Source: Chromera velia
Taxonomy: Eukaryota
DNA length: 54,822 nt
Direction: 5' to 3'
Assembly (NCBI GenBank): GCA_018398765.1
Contig: JAHBMJ010000173.1
Coordinates: forward strand, 1 to 54,822
The notes under the pieces were generated by a model. The model ran no database searches. It was given only the letters and a program-made list of their open reading frames with translations, and was not told the origin of the DNA. Position 1 is the first letter of the stretch. Each line of letters begins with the position of its first letter. Shown here in pieces: positions 22,201-33,772 of the stretch. A program made the translations under genes and the position numbers.

Positions 22201-25037
22201 TCTTTGTATGCCCTTTGGTTTAGTCAACGCACCTGCCCTTTTTCAACGAGCAATGACGCTCGTCCTCACATCGCTCCCACGAGAGATAGCACTTGTCTAC
22301 GTTGATGATGTGATCATCTTCTCTCGCAGTCACGCCGAGCACTTGCAAGACCTCCATAAGGTCTTCACCCTTGTTCGTGCCGCTGGTCTAAAGCTCTGCC
22401 TCGAAAAGGCACAGATTGGAAAGGCACAGGTGGAGTATCTAGGTCATACCGTATCCGCCCATGGAGTCCGTCCAAGTCAAAAGAATACGGAGAAGGTAAA
22501 GAACTGGCTGACCCCGATCGACTGTCTGAGCCTTCGCACATTTGTTTACTTGTGCAACTACTACCGAACTTTTGTGGAGGGGTTTGCACGGATTGCCCAT
22601 CCACTGAATCAACTGTTGTATCCCTTCAATAAGAACAAGCAGCCCCTTCCCTTTGTCTGGACAGCTGTAGCAGATGAAGCTTTCTGGGAGCTCTGCAACC
22701 GTCTCACTAAGCCACCTATCCTTTCCTTCCCTGACATGCATACCCCATTCATTGTGAAGCCGGATGCTTACAACATTTCGATTGGGGGTGTTTTGGTACA
22801 AATCAAGGACGGGAGGGAGAGTGTGATCACATACGCAAGCAGGGGGTTGCAGGGAGCAGAGCTGATTTATGGAGCTCCAGAGCGAGAGGCTCTGGCAAAT
22901 GTGTTTTGCTGCAGGCAGTGGCGACACTACCTGCTTGGCAGTTCCGTTTTCTTACGGGTGATCCAGACCGATCACAAACCGAATCTAGTAATACAGGAGA
23001 ACAAGTTGGCGAATAAGAGAATCGAGAAATGGGCTCTCGAATTGTAAGAGTATGGATTGCAGTTTTTGCATAAGGAGGGGAAGTCCCACACCGATGCAGA
23101 TGCTGTTTCCCGTCTGCCTGTCCCGAGACAGGTAGAGCATTCGACAAACACAGGCGCTTCCCTCTGTCAGCACTGTTTCCTTCCTTCTAATGGGAGCATT
23201 CCCTTCAGATCTGGATTTAATGCAGCAGTGGCAGGAGTGAAGGTAATCGAAGCCAAGTCCGCACCCACACAAGCAATCGTTCCTTTCTTGGAGAAGGTGC
23301 GACGTTCAGAGCTAATAAAGGTGGAGATAAAAGAATCTGATGTGTTTGAGTATCTGCAGAAGAAGTCTCTTCCGGAGGATCTTCAGCGCCGACGGACGGT
23401 GCTAGCACAGGAGTCTTTGTTTGAGTTGAGGGATGGCTTGCTCTACAGGTTTTCAGGTGAGTCTGAGCAGTTGTATGTCCCTGCTCATTTGAGAGAGACG
23501 GTGCTGGTGATGTACCACAATCACCCCATAGCAGGACACGCAGTAACAAAGAAGCTGACAGCTCGGCTTCTCACCGAATTCTGGTGGCCAGGTCTGCGTA
23601 AGGATGTGCGCAGCTGGGTCTATAAGTGTCGCCCCTGTCACTGACTAACAGGAAAGAAGAGCACAAGCACCGCAACGCAACCCACAGACTATTCCTGTCC
23701 CCACTCGACCCTTCCAGAAGGTCGGCATTGACGTGAAAGGTCCTTTGCCTACCTCTTGTAGAGGCAACCAATTTGTCTTTATCATCACGTGTGCCCTCAC
23801 ACGATGGCCAAAAATCTTTGCCTTGCCAGAGGTCCCCGCATGGGTTGTTGCAAAGATTCTTTTCGAGGAGATCATCTACAGGTATGGCTTTATCGAGGAG
23901 TTGGTGTCGGACAGGGGGACGAACTTCCTTAGCAAGATTATGAGGGAGCTCCTTACCCTCATGAAGGTCCGTCACCACACCATAACAGGGTATCATCCAC
24001 AGGCGAATGGCATCCCTGAGCGATTCAATCGTTCGTGGGCTGAGGGAGTGGGGAAGCAGCTAGATCAAGAGAAAGGGGATTGGGATCTCTATCTCCAGCC
24101 GTACAATGCAGCATACCGTACTGCTTCCCATGCCGAGACAGGTCTCTCTCCCTTTGAATTGCTGTTTGCTCACACGCCGCAGTCGGTGCTGCATGTGCAA
24201 CCACCGCCTGAGGGAGCGAGGTCTCCGCTTGTCTATTACGACGACTACTACGGATTCATTCGACAAGAACGTGTGCAAAAGATCGACAAAGCAGTCACGA
24301 GAGCAGAAAAAGAGAGGCAAGCAAGGGAAAGGCGTAATCCCCCTCTAATAACGCGAAGATTCCGTCTAGAAGACCATGTGTTCCTATGCAGACTAGTGCG
24401 CAGACCTCCCAATCCGATGGGGAAGCAACGGTTACCCGCCTTCGAGGCGAGAGCAAAAGGAATCTATGTGGTCGTGGGGATACCGAGGAATAGACCATAT
24501 GTGACCGTGATCAGGCTCCTAGGAAAAAAGAAGAGAGACGTAGTGAGTTCAGACAGATTACAATTATGGAAGGCAAAGGATGGAGAGAAGGAAGAGAGTG
24601 AAAAGAGTGAGGAAAGTGAGGCAGAGGAAGACTCTACACTGCCGAGAGAAGAGAGACAGCAGGAGGAGAAGAGAGCAGCTGCGGAGACGAGAAGATCGTC
24701 TGAAGGAGAAGGAGCGATCATTCCATCAGGCACTCCTCGATCGGACTTTCGATTGGCAGAAGATCCTAAGTTGGAGGATTTGTTAGATGAGTTGGGACTT
24801 GGAGACGAGTTGGAGGTACCTGCTCAGGCAGTGGAGGGGTGGAAGCGGGGAGCCCGACGGAAGGGCCCTTCGCCAGTCCGCATCTCTGCAAGTGGAATTC
24901 GAGATGGCAAGGAAACGTACCGAGTTTCGTTCGACGACAGAATGTTTGCCTGGTTGTCAGAGGAAGAGGTTAACTTGCCTGAGATGGTTCAAGAATTCAA
25001 AAGAGAGAAAGAAAAGGTTTTGATGGGACTGAGTTGA
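19260..25037 (+). pseudogene. gag-pol polyprotein, inactivated by stops and frameshifts
   Basis: Q-rich gag with a decayed CCHC (20406-20447); protease [33 protein letters not shown]; RNase H DAY..IGGVL/TDHK; integrase HHCC plus SDRGTNF/YHPQANG.PER; chromodomain-like tail ETYRVSF...WLSEEEVNLPEMVQEF. Confidence 0.93.
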
Positions 25038-25202
25038 ATGATTTTCATGCTTCCAGAACCTTGTAATGATTGCACTGATTTGCATACGCTGATGCCCTTT
25101 CCATTCTTTCTTTTTTGCGTTCAGTTCAGGGACGAGCAAAGTTAAGTGGGGGAGTGGTTGTTGGGGACCAGAAAGAATTCATGCGCACACGCCGAGCGAT
25201 AA

Positions 25203-28200
25203 CTCACACTGGTTGCTAGTACACTAAATTAGAGGGGTCACGGACTCCTAAAAAAAAACTTGATAACACTATGGAAAGTAAGACATCAATGAAGTCCAAC
25301 TGATTGTTTAAATGTAATTAACCCTTTGTAAGGCTTGCTAGCAGTGAACTCTAACCCTGTTTATTCTTGCCTAGCGGTACCTTTTGGCTGCCTAGCGGTA
25401 CCCTTTGCCTGCCTAGCAGTGTTTTTTACCTGCCTAGCGGTCATCTTTACCTGCCTAGCAGTTAGATTCAGCTGCCTAGCAGTTAGATTCAGTTGTTTAA
25501 CAGTTGTATTTCATTATTCTATAGTGTTTAGTGGTTATAAAATAGTGAAGATGTATTATAATAAGTATGAATGGGTTATACACCGGTTGCTTAATAAATT
25601 ATTCAATAACCTCTTCAAAAACTCTAAAGACAATTATAGCATAATTCAAACTAAACAAACTACTAAATGAATTGATCGAATATGTTTTATTGATTGATTG
25701 ACAGGTCTAAGCAGCAAGCAAAATGAGACCATACTCATTCAGAGAGCTTCTAACCGCAGCCCCCCCTGAGCTGTGTACTTACAGGTTCAGAGGTTCTCAC
25801 TTTGCCAGTAAGACCATCATTCACAGCATGGTTAATATGAATACAAAATTACGATATTCAACCACTGTCCACAAGCAAAAATTCACGTAAAAGAAAAGCT
25901 AAGCTGCTCAGTCAATCACAGAAAGTTGGAGAAGCAATCGTTGCTTGGGCCATCTCTTTCTCACTCAGGGACCCAGCTCAGGGACAGGGATATCATAATG
26001 ATCGTTGCCCTTTTCCCCCGCCTGCCACCACAGAAAGATCTCTTTCTTTATTTCTTTCTTTCCGATCAAACAGAGAAGGGTAGAGAAGGGTGATCAAACA
26101 GCAAGACAGCAATTGAAAGAATTTCAAAGTTTGTACAGGTCTATTTGAGGGATACAAAGAGTATTTGTATTGCGACTTTTGACAACTATACTCCATGTCA
26201 TGCTGTAGATTTTGGCTTCACAGTATATTGCAGGGTACAGACATCTCTATAAAATGGTAACTCATATTCCAATGACATACCTTGACTTATAGATCAGTCT
26301 ACTCTTTGTGTCAGAGGAAGCAGGAGAGGGGGACCTTTCAGAGAATCTACGTTCACGCGTTTTCTTCGTTCTTATGCCTCCAACGGAAAGGGTGCATTCG
26401 AGGTTGGTGTGACAGGGGCCGCTCTTCGAATGCAAGAAGCAGGGGGGGGGAAGCCTTGAAAGAAACCTTTTAGATTTTTTCCACTTATTAACCTTTTCGT
26501 GCACTCCTGTTTTTTTTCCCTTGACTCGTCCCTACTACTTTCTGCCCTCCCGAAGACTGCCCGCGAGAATGTCGGTAGAGAGGACAGAAAGCACCTATGT
26601 GGGTGGATGTAATATCATATGCTGTGTCTTGTTTTAGAGTTTGTCAGCAGAGAGAAATCAGGTTGCGTGCGCATCTGGTGTGAAGGGAGGAAAGAAGACA
26701 GACCAGATGTGCTAACACCAACACACATCACATTCATTGCATTTCTGCCTTCTTCTGATGATCATCTCTAGAAGGAAACAGAAAGACAAAGGAACCAATT
26801 TGTTCAAAAATTCAAAATCTATCCACGTTATGGCAAAGACATTGAGCAGCCGGCTTGTCTCTCACTCAGCATGTGCTCATACGAAGCAGACTCTCGCGTT
26901 TCTGAGGGGGAAAAGACTGCTATGACACTCGATGTCCTCTCACACAGTGAGGGCCGAGGTGAAATTTATGAAATGGATGTCACAGAGGCAATGGAGGCAC
27001 TGGGGGACTACTTTCTGGACAAAAAAGGTGAGTTTTGGTCCCCCTCTGAATTTCTGTCGGTCGACTTCGAGAATTTAAAAAAAAAAATCAAAGAGGAAAG
27101 AGAAAGCAAAAAGTCAAAGGAAAGAGAAAAAGACATATACGGGAGAGAGGAGGGCAGAGGGACTGCAGCTGGCACGGTGGGAGGAGAGAAGGGGGCGAGG
27201 TTCAAAGAGAGGCAAAAAGGGGGAAAAGGGACAGAAGGTGGCAAATCGTCTACAGCTATGACGCAGGGGGGGAGATAAATCAAACATTGCAGAGTATAAT
27301 TTTTGGAGAGTAATAAGCAAGAGAGCGGAGGGGAGAGTGATGAGGAAGGGAACAGGTGGGGGAAAGAGTGCAAAAGAGAGTGAAGAAGAGTTTGAACCCG
27401 AATGTGACGAAATTTTTGATGCATTTGGAATGACGGGAGAAGGAAGGGCTGGATGGGACTAGGGATGGGAGGAAAAAGAACACGGACGACAGAGGAAAAG
27501 AGAAAGTCTAGTGGAATCTCAGGAAGCTCCGTTCAAAAAAAATATGTTTTGTGCGGTTTTGTGTTTTTAGAGGGATTTTTGGCGAGCCACAAAGAGATGC
27601 TGTGCTCCATCGTTGGTGCTTTTTAGGCAAAGTGGTGGAAATAGCTCTACACTTGCTCACTGATGCATCGTCTTCTTCTTCTTCTTCTTCTTCTTCTGCT
27701 TCTTCTTCTTCTTCTTCCTCCTCCTTTTCTTCTCGCAGTCCGTCTTCAGGGTGGGATTTGAGAGTAGCGTGGCACAGCCTTCGACTGTGAAGAATGGAAA
27801 ATGCACATAAAAGTTTGGTGGATAGGGCTCAGACACACATCGACGACATGAGAGAATTTTACTCTCTTGGCTTGAGTCGCGCAGTGGTGCAAAGAAGCAA
27901 ACGTGTGCGTAAATTGAATACATTAGTCTTGAGGAGTATGAATTGTTGTACAAAAATGTAGTCTTAACAAAGGGGCACAAAATTCCGATGCGTGTCTTAT
28001 GTTATTTGGCAGAGATCTTGAGTGAAGAAGAAGACTTTTCAGGGTTGAAGGTGTATCTTCCAGATGTTAGCGATCATGAAAAAGCTTCTTCTGGTTCTTT
28101 TTCTGCTAGTTCTTCTGTTTCAAGTGACTCTGAGTCTGACAAAGAGGACTGAATGTATTGTAATTAGCCCTAAATTATGCTAATTGTATGTTAAATACGT

Positions 28201-28620
28201 TTGAGTGTCATTTAATTTTTAATATGATTCAAAATTAATCGAATAATTCATTGAATAACCTATATGTAACCCATTTATACTTGTTATAACATATTTTAAC
28301 TATTTTACAACTACTAAACACTATAGAATAACTAAATACAACTGTTAAACAACTGAATCTAACTTTTAAGCAGCTGAATCTAACTGCTAGGCAGGCGAAG
28401 ATGACCGCTAGGCAGGTAAAGAACACTGCTAGGCAGACAAAAGGTACCGCTAGGCAGCCAAAAGGTACCGCTAAGTAAGAAAAAACAGGGTTAGAGTTCA
28501 CTGCTAGCAAGCTTTACAAAGGGTTAATTATATTCAAACAATCAGTTGGCTCTTCAATGTTGACCTACTCAAATGGGGTCCATGGCCCCCCTATTTTAGT
28601 GTGCTAGCAACCGGTGTAAG
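25203..28620 (+). mobile_element. Unclassified DNA element (3.4 kb) with ~400-bp imperfect TIRs containing 21-bp tandem repeats; apparent 2-bp TSD (AA)
   Basis: Ends CTCACACTGGTTGCTAGTACACTAAA and TTTAGTGTGCTAGCAACCGGTGTAAG. TIRs ~25203-25607 and ~28237-28620. The empty site in the 5' LTR (GATAAAGAAAGCG) defines the AA duplication. Confidence 0.9.
26090..28152 (+). pseudogene. Long decayed ORF of unknown function inside the long-TIR element
   Basis: One frame runs ~26320-27278 with scattered stops (...KHLCGWM*YHMLCLVLEF...EAMEALGDYFLDKKGEFW). The 3' part matches the intact frame at 35450-35892. The start coordinate is approximate. Confidence 0.55.
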
Positions 28621-29326
28621 AAAGAAAGCGCAAGGCGATGTCAGGCAGTAAGCACCGCGCGCACATGCAGAGCGCTCATGCAGTTTGCAATGCATGCATT
28701 AATACATGGAAAAAGAAATACCACAGAAGTGAGTTCACACAAAATGAAATAACACAGAGACAGAACAGATGTCAAAAAGAGGGACACAGCAAATATAGAG
28801 GTGACATGTATTTAAGTGGACCGATACAAATGAATACTGTACTACATGCACAACGCGTACACACATGCAGTCTGACTGACCGATCGTATCTGTTCTGAGT
28901 AGCCAACCTGGAATCTCTCTAGAAGGAGTCGAAAGATGAAAGACCAGACGAACAGACCTTTGCATAGATACACGTAAGTAGAAGTCATAGTCCTATACGC
29001 TAGCCCTACGTACTATGCTCAACAACTTAATTCAACCAGGATGGTTCTTTTCAAACTCTTTTACTTTTAGACTAGCTTCTAGAGCAGCATGTTTGCACAT
29101 GAATCACATCTTAAAAAATAGTGACAGTGCTCAAGGGCACCAATATATACCAAATTACTAATATATATCACTTATTACTTAATTCAATCTACAAAAAAAC
29201 ACTATGAATTAAATACATAGTTTTGTTGCCCACTGATCGACAACGTAGTATTATTAGTTTTTTACATAAAAACTTGAAAGCTAAAAAAAAGTTAGTCTTT
29301 AATATAAGTTATATAACATTTATATA

Positions 29327-32300
29327 CTTACTTACTTTACTTAATTGTGGTTAAGCCTAGAGTCTTTGAAACCAGAGACAAATGGCAGCCCATACATGCA
29401 GTTGTAAACAAAAGGAGCAAACCGCTGCAGCTTAGCCTGCTTCCGCATGAATATGAACAACCATGACCCTCTGCAGCCTAGCTAAGGCTGAAGCTAAAGG
29501 CTGAACAACCATACAAGACGCGCGTGCACTCATTTCAGACAAGCTTTGATCAGTGCACTTGCCTTTTTCGGCTCCCGGTCCACAATGAATGAAACGAGCT
29601 CTCTTACATATGTCTCTTCTTCCCTGATTCCTCTTCCCCCAGCTGTAGCAGTCCATCTTGCTCTGCAGACCCTTTCACCGATTCTTGTTCTCTCTTTCAC
29701 TCTCTCTGCCAGCGAATGAAGTTCAAACTTTGGATCTAAGCTGCGCTTTGCACGCACGCAGACAATCGATGCATCGCATCGTCGATCACCTTTTTACCTT
29801 CGATTGCAGGACAGTGAATACAGTGTTCTTTGCAGGATCCACCGTGTCTCTTTCCCCCACCAGCACATGCTCGAAGGAGAGAAGTGAAAAGAGAACTACC
29901 AGACAAAAGAAAGCGAGGCAGAGTATGCAATTGAACTGTGTAACCCCACCCCCTTCTAACCCTCCCCCCTAAAAGCAACATGGCCAGACGCTGGTGCGAT
30001 CGGTTCTCTATCTGAAAATTACTCAGTCGGGAGTTGCATGGATAGATGCCACATGAACGGGTGAGCCTATGCTCACCGACGGGTCTTGAAGTCAACCATT
30101 CCAACAACCATTCTGAGGCTTCCCTTTTCCTCGCTTTCTGCCTGAGTGTCCATTTATTCATTCTGTTTCTCCCACTCTGGCTTTCTTTTCTCAAAAGATC
30201 TGGTGCGATTGTCTGAAGCATGCTACTGGCTGAATCGGCCCATACCGGGGTCAGCGATCTGTGCCATGCATCCCAGACTGCCCGAGGAACCTCCCTTTCT
30301 GTTCTTTTTATGCTTTCTATGAAACCTCCCAACCGACAAGAAAGGATCTCTCTCATGGGACGCACCCCAACCGAAACCAAAGTTGGCACTTTGAAAGAGT
30401 TATAGGGCAAACGGAATGTCCAGCGCACAAATCGAAGCTGCAATGCATCAAGTGCAACAATATCTCTCTGACTTACCGGCAAGGCTTCCAGCGAGTACGT
30501 TGCCACCGGCTTCCAGAGCGCCTGCAATAAACGAACTTTGCATCGGGGGGGCAAAAGACCTAAGGATGAACAAGTGCCCATCACTGCCCCCAAACAGCGT
30601 TCAGCACTTTCAAGTCGGTCCCTGACTGACTTTCGTGGGTCCCCTCCCTCAAACACATGACACCCAAGGTATTTATAGCTCTCTACACGTTCAACTATCT
30701 TCCCTTCAAAAGTTACTTCCCCTTCTATTTCCCTTCCTGAGCCTGAGAGTGCGAGAACTTTTGTTTTCTTTAAATTCACTTTCAACCCATGTTCCTGACA
30801 ATAAGAGGCCAAACGGTCCAAACGCCACTGCAGGTCAGAAGAAGAGTGAGCAAAAATAACAAGATTGTCTGCGTAACCTATGCTCTCAAGCAGTAAGTCC
30901 GCCAATCTTACCTCCTCAAGGATGCGGGGTCGCTGCTCCGTTGTTTCACTCTCCTCCCTCCTCTCTCCACATTCTCCCCCCCTCTGTCTTTCATCCGTAT
31001 CTGATTCCCCATTGAAGCCGTTAACAGCTTCCCTCCCTTCAACACTCAGAGCAGAATGAATATTATTAATAAATAAAAGAAAAAGAAGAGGAGAAAGTGG
31101 ATCTCCCTGTTTTACCCCTGCACTTTCGGGAAAGACCTAATCCGACCCATCCACCCTTCCCCACACATTCACATACATGGAATGAATCATGCACACGTCC
31201 TTCTTGCTGACTCCTTCCTCTGTAAGTCTGTCAATCATTTTCTTTCTGGATACTTGGTCAAATGCCTTGCTGAAGTCAACAAACGCTGCAAGGAGGGGTC
31301 TGTGTCTCTTCTTTGCTGAAGCTGTGAGAGCATGAAGAGTAGCTATCGCTTCCCTTGTACCGACCCCCTTCCTGAAACCTACTTGTCGTTCATCTATATT
31401 CGTTGTCTCCCTTAACCAGCCATCCATCAACAACGCGAACAACTTTGCAAGAAGGCAGAGGATGTGTATGGGCCTCCATTCGTCACAAGAAGGAGAGACG
31501 TAACCTTTTGGAACAGGAGCGATTTGAATGAAGTTCCACTTTTCTGGCTAAAAAGAAAAAAGGAAAAAAAGATTGAAGAAAATGAAAAGAAGAAAACGAG
31601 ACAGACGAGAAGAGGAAAAGCATAAATGTACCTGCGCAGGGGAGATTCTTTCGAGGCCGGCTGCCTTCTTTGGGTCGATTGCCTTCAGTATCTTCTCACA
31701 TTTATCGAAAGAGAAGAAAGGTGCCAGGGGGGGAGCTGGTGTTTCATCCTTCTTTTGAGGCTCCAGTCCGTCCCCACTGAACACATCGGCCCAAAAATTT
31801 GAAAACGAAAAGGTGGACGGCTTTTCTCCCTCACTCTCACTCTCTGCCTTTTTTCTCTCCCTCCTCCATTTCTATAGGGCTGCTGGGTCCTTAACAGCTT
31901 CTTCCGTGAGTCTCTCTGCCTGAAAAATGGCATACTTTCTCTTTTTTCTTGTTCATCTTTCTCTCTATTTAACCTGTTCATCTTTCTCTTTGCTGTGATG
32001 CACCGCTCGTCTTCGTCCGCCCAGAGTTCTTTTTCTTCCTTCCATTCCCTTTCTGCAGATCTAACTCTCTTCTGAATCTCCCTGTATTCTTGATCTCTCC
32101 AAGGTGCGACAGCCTTTTCCTTCTTTTCACTTTTCCTCGGATGAGTTGGCTTTCGTTTTCTCTCCTTGGGTTGTGCGAGTACATGCTCCCACTGTTAGGT
32201 GAGTCTGGCTATTTGGCTTCTCAGTGGCACAGAGATAGAACAACTGGAAGACGGAAAGGCAGGAGGTGGTATCTGAGTATCGGGGTAGAAAGAAGGGACG

Positions 32301-33741
32301 GACACAAGGGGAGGGGGGAAGAGGGGAGGAGGAGGAGACGAAGGTATGGATGGAATAGGCTTGCCTTCTTTTTTCGATTCTTGAATCCCGGCGTCCCACA
32401 ACCCAGGCCAAAGCTTCCCTGCTAAATCTTTTACCGAAGTTGCCAGAGGCATCATCTCATCATTGGTGACCGGCGTTTGCCTTCCTGGCTTCGTGAAAGA
32501 AGGGGATGGGACAAAGGAAGGGTAAGACGGCGAGTTGTCATTCGGTTTTGGCGGAGATGAGAGGTTGAGAGATAGAGAAACGGCCGCATGTTCGGGGGCT
32601 GCGTCAGGCTATAGCTCAACCCCAAAAGAATTCCACAAACCAAGAAGAGGAAGATCAACCAAAAATAAATCAATGACCGTAGCTGGGGCACCCCCTTCAT
32701 AATAAGTGCAAACCCCTGTGAAATCGACTTCAATCCCTTTCTTTTCATCTTTCCAAGACAGGCCATTCAAGGGAAGGAGGTTTGCTTTCTCATAAAAGCG
32801 AATGGCAGCTTTTCCTGGTTTGTTTACGATTAAACAACAGTCAGAGCGGCGAGACAGTCCTTCGATTGCTTCTTCCCCCTTGCCCCCCAAGATCTCTTGT
32901 AAGTCACCCGCCCCCCCGATCTGTTCCCTTTCCCATGAAATTCCTTTAGGGACCTCCTTTCCTATGTGGCAATTGAAGTCTCCTGCCACAATGCGAAGGT
33001 CGCATAGCAGAACATTACAGACTGCGTTGAAAAGCATCTCTCTCTCTACCTCTTTCGGTTCATTGTTTCTTAGTCTCTTCTCTGCCCCCGATTGGAGGAG
33101 ATAGACATCGAAAATGTGCAGAGATACATTCGTCTCCCCCCCCTCCTGGGCCGGCAAGCAGCTCCTGAGTGTCAGTTTGACCATACTGGGCCCCACCAAC
33201 TCCCAAAAAGGCTTCAGACTAGCGACCAAGCATGATCGGACAAGGATATACACACACCCTGTTTTTACTTCCCTGTCCTTTGCTCTTTTGTGTACCCCCA
33301 ACTTTTTTCTATACCATTCTCGGTGACTGAAGTTTTTTCCTGTGTGGGTAGGTGTGTTGATTGAAGTGGTTGTGTACTTTGTTTCAGTTAGGATTGCAAC
33401 ATCGATCCCTTCTAACCACCGGTCAAGCGATTCATTCCCGAGACGAGAATCAAGACCCCCGACATTCAGCGTGGCAATGGATAGCCTTCTTCCATTCACT
33501 GTCATGTTTCGCACGCCAGTTGTAGAGGAAGAAGATGAAGAAGAAGAAGAAGAGAAAGAAAAAGAAGAAGAGGGAAAAGGTTCATTCTTGGAGAAAATAG
33601 AAGGAGGAGACGGTTTGAGAACCCAGTCTGGAATTGACGTGAAAGCAGAGGGGCGGGAAGAGGAAGATGAAGAGGAGGAGGAAAAGGAGGAGGAGGAAGA
33701 AGAAAAAGAAGAAGAAGAAGAAGAAGAAGAAGAAGAAGAAA

Positions 33742-33772
<31 letters not shown>

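Larger units (their letters stand above)
18714..29024 (+). mobile_element. Full-length decayed Ty3/Gypsy LTR retrotransposon with a C-terminal chromodomain-like region; 5-bp TSD ACTTA
   Basis: TG...CA LTRs. TSD ACTTA at 18709-18713 and 29025-29029. PBS and PPT present. Domain order gag-PR-RT-RH-IN. Confidence 0.95.
25159..29024 (+). repeat. 3' LTR in two pieces (25159-25202 and 28621-29024), preceded by a polypurine tract
   Basis: Collinear with the 5' LTR once 25203-28620 is removed. PPT AAGTGGGGGAG at ~25144-25154. Confidence 0.93.

Noticed and set aside
19357..23644. Ciliate-type genetic code (TAA/TAG = Gln) as the explanation for stops at Gln positions
   Set aside because: Host genes end in TAG (42742) and TAA (50004) and contain no in-frame TAR. 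The TEs also show CGA>TGA and missense TpG>TpA changes, so mutation is the better explanation.
25335..25670. ORFs MLAVNSNP...CLAV repeats (also 28235-28510 and 35975-36271)
   Set aside because: These are translations of the 21-bp subterminal repeats in the TIRs, starting at a non-ATG codon. There is no evidence that they are proteins.
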